The position numbers and the translations under genes are program-made. From the NCBI GenBank assembly GCA_963717365.1, contig OY970327.1, forward strand, positions 267,599 through 331,598: DNA of 64,000 bases, given 5' to 3'. This DNA comes from Candidatus Saccharimonadia bacterium (lineage in GTDB: Bacteria; Patescibacteriota; Saccharimonadia; Saccharimonadales; 2-12-FULL-41-12). Below the pieces are notes generated by a model. It ran no database searches. It was not told the DNA's origin and saw nothing but the letters and a program-made list of their open reading frames with translations. Shown one piece after another: positions 56,671 through 63,079 of this stretch (its first letter is position 1; every line of letters starts with the position of its first letter).

Positions 56671-57378
56671 ATGAGCACATTTTCACACGACACGAACCTA
56701 CAAGCTGAATATTCTGCCGAGAGTGCGCATTTGCGGCAAATTGGCGGAACGTTTAGACGTACCTTTCATCCGCGGGCATATGTAGTAGTTCCGCCAGAGT
56801 CAGAAGTAACGCCACAAACGTATATACCAAATACAAAACTTGGTTTATTTACAGTAAAACGTATGGTAAAAATAGATGAGTGTGACCTATTTGCGAATAG
56901 TAACATTGAAGAGACAATGCAATCATATAGCAGCCATGGAATTATACCCAGAAAAATTGGCTTAAGTTTGGTGGGGTTAAATGAGGCCCGTCGCATAAGA
57001 AAATTGTATCGAGATGAATCCGACGAAGAATTGACTCGCCGTTACATAATGCCCGCTACAAAACTACCAGCAAGGCGATTTTGCCGATCATCTGACGTTG
57101 ATGTGTTTGGCGTACCAGATCCTTTGGCTGGAGGGATGAGACACGTTGTACTAAAACTAGATTCTAAAAGTGAAAAGAGACTTCGCAAAGAACGATCAAC
57201 TATCTTAAAAGGTTTTGGGCTTAATAGCTCTGACTTCTTGGACGAAACACCGCATATTACGTTATTTAAAACCCCCGACCCATTAGTTGCCGCTGAACTT
57301 TGCGAGGAACTATATAATATGATCCCAAGGAAAATGCCAATTATATTAGCCCGACCATTAATTATGGAATCATTTTAA
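56671..57378 (+). CDS. hypothetical protein
   Basis: 235-aa ORF with no TM and no confident family. It has a single H-x-T-like motif, TPHITLF. Confidence 0.55.
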   Translation: MSTFSHDTNLQAEYSAESAHLRQIGGTFRRTFHPRAYVVVPPESEVTPQTYIPNTKLGLFTVKRMVKIDECDLFANSNIEETMQSYSSHGIIPRKIGLSLVGLNEARRIRKLYRDESDEELTRRYIMPATKLPARRFCRSSDVDVFGVPDPLAGGMRHVVLKLDSKSEKRLRKERSTILKGFGLNSSDFLDETPHITLFKTPDPLVAAELCEELYNMIPRKMPIILARPLIMESF

Positions 57379-57434
57379 ACCTTTTGGCTTGGCACAATCT
57401 GGTGAGTCGGATAGAATACTGTAGTACAAATCCA

Positions 57435-57519
57435 CGCGGATGTGGTGGAATTGGTAGACACGCTAGTCTTAGGAACTAGTGCCGCAAGGCGTGAAGGTTC
57501 AAGTCCTTTCATCCGCACC
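57435..57519 (+). tRNA. tRNA-Leu (anticodon UAG), class II with long variable arm, CCA encoded
   Basis: Hand-folded cloverleaf. Acceptor GCGGATG/CATCCGC, D arm GTG-GAATTGGTAGA-CAC, anticodon stem CTAGT/ACTAG with loop CTTAGGA (anticodon TAG). Variable arm TGCCGCAAGGCGT, T arm GAAGG-TTCAAGT-CCTTT, discriminator A, then CCA. Confidence 0.93.
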
Positions 57520-57634
57520 ATTGATTTTTCCGATTTTAGGCTGATCTTACTAACCTGAACAATCACCCTATTGAAAAACCTGGCAATCACCGGCAGCCGA
57601 CAGCGATAGCTTTTTTGCGTAACATTATGAAAGT

Positions 57635-58378
57635 CTATCGTAAAGTAGTTGAACTTGGCACGCTCGTGAGTTCACGGTATCGCAACACAATTACCATAGA
57701 AAAAGCAACTGAGATAATGGCTCCTATTATCGCACCGACATATGGAATTTCTGACACCACTGTCGCTACAATACCGGTAAGAATTACTATAAAGATCGGT
57801 CCAAAAACCAATCCCATATTATTTTTAGCAAGTTCGTTACTGGCTTTAATTGAATCCATGATTCCTAAGTTTTTCTCAAACATTATGTATGGAGCCATGC
57901 AGAGTCTGACTATGGCTATAATACCTGGAATTATCAGTAGTATTAAGCCGGCTAGAATTATTAATCCCATTACGATAAAAAGACCAACCTGTCTGACCCA
58001 CAATTTCTTAGCGGTTTCTGTTAAAACATCGGCATTCGGCTGTTCGCCTTTACTGGTCCGCACCATTAGGCTGGTTGACATAGCGGCTAAAAATGCGGCA
58101 ACAATAATAAAAACAATGGCGATAAATAGTATTAAGCCAACCGATGCCGCTAGCTCTCCCTCATTAAAAGCTTTGTTCAAAGGAAAGCCATTATAACTAG
58201 CGGAAAACATACTATCGTTCTTATCTCCACTTTGAAAGGGTATTAAGGCTGAAACAACGGCCATAATATTTACTAACGCGAACATTTTCCAGTTACGTTT
58301 TACGATTTCAAGACTTTTCCGAGCTAAACCAGTTAAATCACTGTAGTCAGGCTTTGCCTGTTTTTTTACTTCTGTCAT
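57635..58378 (-). CDS. hypothetical polytopic membrane protein
   Basis: 247 aa with about 5 hydrophobic segments and Gly-zipper-like stretches. RBS AAGGGGAG 8 nt upstream. The opposite-strand ORF 57615..58196 is judged a shadow. Confidence 0.65.
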   Translation of the reverse strand: MTEVKKQAKPDYSDLTGLARKSLEIVKRNWKMFALVNIMAVVSALIPFQSGDKNDSMFSASYNGFPLNKAFNEGELAASVGLILFIAIVFIIVAAFLAAMSTSLMVRTSKGEQPNADVLTETAKKLWVRQVGLFIVMGLIILAGLILLIIPGIIAIVRLCMAPYIMFEKNLGIMDSIKASNELAKNNMGLVFGPIFIVILTGIVATVVSEIPYVGAIIGAIISVAFSMVIVLRYRELTSVPSSTTLR

Positions 58379-58462
58379 AAAACAATACTCCCCTTATGCG
58401 CAACTATTATTGCTCATTATGGGATCAGTTGATTCTTTTAGCAATACTGCTGCAGTATTTCT

Positions 58463-58576
58463 TTACAACTCGGCGTCATTAGCCTGGTTAATCAACCGGA
58501 TTATACCGCATATTAGGACGGCGGTAACCGCACCAATGATGGCTCCAACTAATTGTGCAATTGTGAAATCACTCAT
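58463..58576 (-). CDS. candidate 37-aa hydrophobic peptide (below ORF-track cutoff)
   Basis: My translation of the minus strand gives MSDFTIAQLVGAIIGAVTAVLICGIIRLINQANDAEL*. AAGGA lies 6 nt upstream of the ATG. It is co-oriented with and 84 nt upstream of the membrane gene 57635..58378. Confidence 0.3.
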   Translation of the reverse strand: MSDFTIAQLVGAIIGAVTAVLICGIIRLINQANDAEL

Positions 58577-58698
58577 TATTTATCCTTGCTGTAAGAAATT
58601 TAACATTCCTCTTAAGTTTACTACATATGTTAAGACTACAAAAATTTAATTAGATTATATTCTTTAAAATTAACAGTTATTTTGGCCATTTTCAAAAT

Positions 58699-58749
58699 TA
58701 CACACTGAGTACACACGCAACCTGATTGCTTATGGGTGCACAGTGTGTA
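58699..58749. repeat. perfect 9-bp inverted repeat in the intergenic region upstream of hisS
   Basis: TACACACTG (58699-58707) and CAGTGTGTA (58741-58749), 33 nt apart, with additional ACACAC/GTGTGT copies at 58711-58716 and 58755-58760. Confidence 0.5.
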
Positions 58750-58844
58750 TTTGGTGTGTCTTTAAAGAAACAAGGCTATATGAGAGCTATGCTAGCAGAC
58801 ATAGTGCGCTCTATGGCAAAATACAGTAATATAAGAAGTAACTT

Positions 58845-60149
58845 ATGACTAACTTATCAACCCAGCCCTATAAAGGTGCCCGAGATTTTTTCCCAGAAGA
58901 CAAACGGGCTCAGGACTACATGTTTAACACCATGCGCAAAGTGGTAAAACGATACGGGTATGCCGAATATGACGCGCCAATCCTGGAGCCACTAGACCTT
59001 TACCGCGCTAAAAGTGGCGAAGAAATAGTTAATGAGCAGGTATACAGTTTTACAGATCGTGGTGGCCGTGAAGTGACAATTCGTCCAGAGATGACACCAA
59101 CAGTCAGTCGAATGGTGGCGGCTCGGCGGCAAGAATTGCCATATCCACTGCGTTGGTTTTCTATTCCAAATCTATGGCGCTACGAGCGCCCCCAGCGAGG
59201 AAGACTGCGAGAACATTGGCAACTGAATGTCGATATTTTTGGCGAACCAGGTGTAGCCGCCGACCACGAAACAATCTCAATAGCGCACAACATCTTAAAA
59301 GAATTTGGTGCGACGCAAAGCATGTATGCCATTAAGATTAATAACAGGCAATTAGTAGATTTTTTATTAAAAGATTACCTTAACCTGAACGATGAGAAAT
59401 CGCATACACTATCAAAGCTGATCGACCGCATGCATAAGATGGACAGTCAGAAGCTAATAGACGCCATTAATGAGATTTGTAAGAATGAGCCGGCAGACCT
59501 AGCTCAGAAAATTATTGCACTGCTGGAAATTAAATCATTTGACGAACTACCAGAAATGGCACAAGGTCACTCTTCTGTCGCAGAACTGAGAACATTGTTT
59601 AAAACGCTTGATCAGACAGGTGTTACTAATGCGGTCTTCGACATCACACTAATGAGGGGTTTTGACTATTATAGCGGCACCGTCTTTGAAGTATTTGACA
59701 CTGACCCAGAAAACAATCGCAGCATGTTTGGTGGCGGACGCTACGACGGCTTGGTAGGTTTGTTTGGCGTTGAACCTGTAGCCACTGTAGGTTTTGGTAT
59801 GGGCGATGTTACGCTTGCCAATTTTTTACAAGCGCACAAGCTAATGCCGGATCTAAAAAATGAGACTGACGTGCTATTGATACTCATTGGCGATGTCTAT
59901 TTAGAAGCAAGTAAACTCGCAAGCCGACTGCGTGATATGGAGCTAAATGTCAGCCTGGACGCGACTGACAGGAAGCTAGAAAAGAAACTGAAAAGCGCTG
60001 ATAAACAAGGAATACGGTACGTGTTATTTGTTGGCCAAGACGAACTTGCCGAAGAACAGTATCCCCTTAAAGACCTAGTAACCGGCAAAGAAGAAAAGCA
60101 TAGCGCAGAACGTATAGCCAGCATTATAGAAGACTATCGTACCCGCTAG
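58845..60149 (+). CDS. hisS: histidine--tRNA ligase
   Basis: Class II motifs RPEMTPTVSRMV, RGFDYYSGTVFE, GGGRYDGL. C-terminal anticodon-binding domain. Confidence 0.95.
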   Translation: MTNLSTQPYKGARDFFPEDKRAQDYMFNTMRKVVKRYGYAEYDAPILEPLDLYRAKSGEEIVNEQVYSFTDRGGREVTIRPEMTPTVSRMVAARRQELPYPLRWFSIPNLWRYERPQRGRLREHWQLNVDIFGEPGVAADHETISIAHNILKEFGATQSMYAIKINNRQLVDFLLKDYLNLNDEKSHTLSKLIDRMHKMDSQKLIDAINEICKNEPADLAQKIIALLEIKSFDELPEMAQGHSSVAELRTLFKTLDQTGVTNAVFDITLMRGFDYYSGTVFEVFDTDPENNRSMFGGGRYDGLVGLFGVEPVATVGFGMGDVTLANFLQAHKLMPDLKNETDVLLILIGDVYLEASKLASRLRDMELNVSLDATDRKLEKKLKSADKQGIRYVLFVGQDELAEEQYPLKDLVTGKEEKHSAERIASIIEDYRTR

Positions 60150-60189
60150 AGTATGGCATTCTGTTCACCGTGACAATCTGTTAAAACAC

Positions 60190-60198
60190 TGGTATAGT
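60190..60198 (+). promoter_or_regulatory. extended -10 promoter of tig (leaderless geometry)
   Basis: TGgTATAGT, then 8 nt to ATG 60207, no SD. Confidence 0.45.
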
Positions 60199-60206
60199 TA
60201 TCAGCT

Positions 60207-61487
60207 ATGCATATAACGAAGACCGCCATATCATCAACTGAAATCAAACTGTTAATTTCGGCCGATACTACTGAACTCACTCCAATCAAAGAACAAGTTG
60301 TTACCCGTTTGTCGCAAAACCTAAAGTTGCCTGGATTTCGGAATGGCAAAGTCCCCCAAGCACTTATTGAAAAAAATATAGATCAGGCGCTGTTGCAAAA
60401 TGACTTTTTGGATGAAGCCATGACACAGCTATATGCCTACGCAACCAGAAAAGAGGACGTCCGTCCAGTAACGCAGCCGCGGGTAGAAGTAAAAAAATTT
60501 GTACCCTACACCCAACTGGAATTTGAAGTAAGCACCCATGTAATCGGTGAAACAAAACTACCAGATTATAAAAAAATGAGCATTACAAAGGAAAAAGTAG
60601 CAGTTTTTGCGAAAGATATCACTGGTGTAATTGATTCGCTTAAAACTCGTATGGCAGAAAAAAAGGCTGTTATGCGAGCTGCAAAGTCTGGTGACGAAGC
60701 AGTAATTGACTTTAAGGCAGTAAATGCCAACAAGGAACCGATTGAAAATGCCGAGGGAGCAGATTACCCATTACAGCTTGGCAGTGGAGCATTTATTCCT
60801 GGCTTTGAAGAGAATGTAATCGGTATGAAGCCGGCCGAAGAAAAATCATTTCCATTAACGTTTCCCAAAGATTATAGTGCTAAAGACATGGCAGGACAAA
60901 AAGTTACATTTACCGTGACCCTTAAAGTTGTTAATGAACTAATTGAACCCAAAACTGATGATGATTTTGCAGCTAAGGTCGGTCCATTTAAAAATATGGA
61001 TGAATTAAAAGCTGACATTAAAAAACAACTTACCATTGAACGAGAGCGCGAAGCCGAAGCAAATTATCAAGATACAGTTCTACACAAAATTAGCCAGGCT
61101 GCAACGGTTGAAATACCTGATGTGCTAATAGAGCAACAAATAACCTATAACCTCGATGATATCCGTCGCAACCTAGTACAGCGTGGCCAGACTTTTGAAG
61201 AATTTTTGAAAGCCGAAGGCAAAACAGAAGACCAATATAAGAAAGAGCTGAAACCAAAAGCGCTTGATCAGCTCAAAGCCAGCCTTATTCTCTCAGAGAT
61301 CGCTGAAAAGGAAAATATTACTATTGAACCAGAAGAACTGGACATTCGAATTCAAATGCTCAAAGGCCAGTATAAAGATGCCGCTATGCAGGCCGAACTA
61401 GATAAGCCAGAAAATCGCCGCGACATTGCTTCCCGTATGTTAAGCGAGAAAGTCATCAACTTTATTATTAGCAACTTGAAAAAATAA
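60207..61487 (+). CDS. tig: trigger factor
   Basis: Ribosome-binding N-domain (GFRNGKVP), central FKBP-like PPIase region (GAFIPGFEENVIGMK), helical C-domain. Confidence 0.92.
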   Translation: MHITKTAISSTEIKLLISADTTELTPIKEQVVTRLSQNLKLPGFRNGKVPQALIEKNIDQALLQNDFLDEAMTQLYAYATRKEDVRPVTQPRVEVKKFVPYTQLEFEVSTHVIGETKLPDYKKMSITKEKVAVFAKDITGVIDSLKTRMAEKKAVMRAAKSGDEAVIDFKAVNANKEPIENAEGADYPLQLGSGAFIPGFEENVIGMKPAEEKSFPLTFPKDYSAKDMAGQKVTFTVTLKVVNELIEPKTDDDFAAKVGPFKNMDELKADIKKQLTIEREREAEANYQDTVLHKISQAATVEIPDVLIEQQITYNLDDIRRNLVQRGQTFEEFLKAEGKTEDQYKKELKPKALDQLKASLILSEIAEKENITIEPEELDIRIQMLKGQYKDAAMQAELDKPENRRDIASRMLSEKVINFIISNLKK

Positions 61488-61488
61488 A

Positions 61489-61515
61489 TTAGCACTCAGG
61501 GTTGACGAGTGCCAA
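61489..61515 (+). promoter_or_regulatory. CIRCE-type inverted repeat (HrcA operator-like) over the clpP promoter
   Basis: TTAGCACTC-agggttgac-GAGTGCCAA: 17/18 arm positions match the consensus and the N9 spacer is exact. The spacer/right arm contains the -35 TTGACG. It begins 2 nt after the tig stop. Confidence 0.75.
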
Positions 61516-61530
61516 AAATAGACATATACT
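61502..61530 (+). promoter_or_regulatory. sigma-70-type promoter of clpP (leaderless geometry)
   Basis: -35 TTGACG (61502-61507), 17-nt spacer, -10 TATACT (61525-61530). The ATG at 61537 is only 6 nt downstream. Confidence 0.6.
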
Positions 61531-61536
61531 AGTGGC

Positions 61537-62133
61537 ATGAGTGTACTTATTCCAACTGTTATTGAACAAGAAGGTCGCAATGAGCGAGCCTACGATATTT
61601 ATAGCCGCCTTTTAAAGGAACGAATAATTTTTCTGGGCACAGATGTAAATGAGCATACCGCCAATCTTATTGTTGCGCAGCTTCTGCACCTGGCTAATGA
61701 GGATTCCAAAAAGGATATCTCGCTGTATATCAATAGCCCAGGCGGCAGCGTGTATGATGCCTTGGCAATTTATGACACCATGCAGTTTATTAAACCAGAC
61801 ATCGCAACTTACGGTATTGGCGTTCAAGCCAGTGCAGCGGCATTTCTGCTGAGTAGCGGTACCAAAGGCAAGCGCTCCATGCTCCAGCATGCCACCGTTA
61901 TGATTCACCAGCCTTCTAGCGGTACTCGCGGCAAAGTAACTGACCAAGAAATTGATTTGCGCGAATCACTCCGTATTAAACGCTTGCTTGAAGAGATAAT
62001 GGCCAAAAACACCGGCCAAAAGCCAGAAAAAATCCATGAAGACATGGAACGAGACAAGTGGTTGACTGCCCAGGAGTCCAAAAAATACGGCATTATTGAC
62101 CATGTCATTTCAACTATTCCAGCTAAAAAATAA
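61537..62133 (+). CDS. clpP: ATP-dependent Clp protease proteolytic subunit
   Basis: N-terminus [30 protein letters not shown]. Catalytic Ser in [11 protein letters not shown], His in MIHQPS, Asp in MERDKW. Confidence 0.95.
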   Translation: MSVLIPTVIEQEGRNERAYDIYSRLLKERIIFLGTDVNEHTANLIVAQLLHLANEDSKKDISLYINSPGGSVYDALAIYDTMQFIKPDIATYGIGVQASAAAFLLSSGTKGKRSMLQHATVMIHQPSSGTRGKVTDQEIDLRESLRIKRLLEEIMAKNTGQKPEKIHEDMERDKWLTAQESKKYGIIDHVISTIPAKK

Positions 62134-62226
62134 TACATCCTTGCAAACCTCAGAATGTAATTGTTATACTCAGATTTGTATAGTACTATCGCAGTAAGAG
62201 GCTTGATACTAAATAGGTGAAAATTC

Positions 62227-62841
62227 ATGTGGCCTGCTGAACGTCTACGACATTTAAATATTAGAAGTGCGGAAACATTACCCGTAGCCACACTTTTTGT
62301 TGAAGTTAATAAAGATGACCCTCGCACGACAGCACAATTCTTGGACGATACTCTTGAGATTATCTTATTATCCCCCGTCCTTCCATCCGGTCCAGAGTTC
62401 GACACTTCCTCTGTAGATTTTTCAATAGAACGTCCATCAGACCGAAAATGCTTAGATGATGAAATTTCCCTGGCGCTTCACAGGTTTTACGGCAGCCGCG
62501 GCAAAGCAGTGAAGCAAGATAGCGAATACAGTTTTGTATTCCAGGATAATGACCTAAAAACAGTACTTGATGACACCCGAGCATTTCTGGAGACGAGTTA
62601 TGGCATTAGCGACGATATTGACACGAGTCTTACAAATTCTGAGCATATCAAAGCATGGATGGCGAACACACATCGCTGGTCGCTACCAGCTTTTTGCTTG
62701 CAAGCAACAAAACGTGCTCTCTTAATTAAGCGTTACAATGAGCTGCCCGGAAATTTAATATCCAAACGCAAAGAACAAAAAGCTATTATTGAAGAGTTAA
62801 TACGCTATTCTGATGACGAATTTGAACATATAACTCGCTGA
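62227..62841 (+). CDS. hypothetical protein
   Basis: 204-aa acidic soluble ORF with RBS AGGTGA 7 nt upstream. No recognisable motif. Confidence 0.55.
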   Translation: MWPAERLRHLNIRSAETLPVATLFVEVNKDDPRTTAQFLDDTLEIILLSPVLPSGPEFDTSSVDFSIERPSDRKCLDDEISLALHRFYGSRGKAVKQDSEYSFVFQDNDLKTVLDDTRAFLETSYGISDDIDTSLTNSEHIKAWMANTHRWSLPAFCLQATKRALLIKRYNELPGNLISKRKEQKAIIEELIRYSDDEFEHITR

Positions 62842-62845
62842 TAAC

Positions 62846-62875
62846 TTGACATAGATTAGTTAATGAAATTATAAT
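62846..62875 (+). promoter_or_regulatory. consensus-like promoter upstream of rpoB
   Basis: -35 TTGACA (62846-62851), 18-nt spacer, -10 TATAAT (62870-62875). This predicts a leader of about 200 nt before ATG 63080. Confidence 0.6.
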
Positions 62876-63007
62876 GACCTTTAAGAAGTAGTAGTCTGGT
62901 GAGTTTGCCGTTATCATAAAATCTGGTAGCAGAAAAATCTCCCATCACAGTTATCTTCGGCGCCAAAAGAATAACTCAAGATAAAAAAGAACATCAATCG
63001 ACAAATT

Positions 63008-63038
63008 GACCACAATCTGGGCTCTTTGTTGGTTTTTT
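63008..63038 (+). terminator. terminator-like hairpin plus T-run inside the rpoB leader (candidate attenuator)
   Basis: GACCACAA-tctgggctct-TTGTTGGT gives an imperfect stem (about 7 bp, one bulge), followed by TTTTT (63034-63038). Confidence 0.3.
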
Positions 63039-63079
63039 GAAATTTTAGTAATTAACAATGGGGAATAGTTAACGTATTT

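Noticed and set aside
57615-58196. 193-aa plus-strand ORF overlapping the membrane-protein gene
   Set aside because: It is exactly antisense to the 247-aa minus-strand ORF. That ORF has a strong SD (AAGGGGAG), clean TM-helix periodicity and a sensible polar N-terminus. The plus-strand product is Ile/Thr/Ala-rich mirror sequence, begins 96 nt after a tRNA, and has no RBS. I judge it a shadow ORF.
58650-58844. T-box riboswitch upstream of hisS (also considered for tyrS and pheS)
   Set aside because: No conserved T-box sequence, specifier-loop architecture or terminator/antiterminator pair is visible upstream of hisS. tyrS and pheS have essentially no leader, since the -10 box lies 7-8 nt from the ATG.
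61905-62405. 166-aa minus-strand ORF spanning the clpP 3' end and the start of the downstream gene
   Set aside because: It overlaps the highly conserved clpP coding sequence antisense. It has no RBS and a low-complexity, unprotein-like product.
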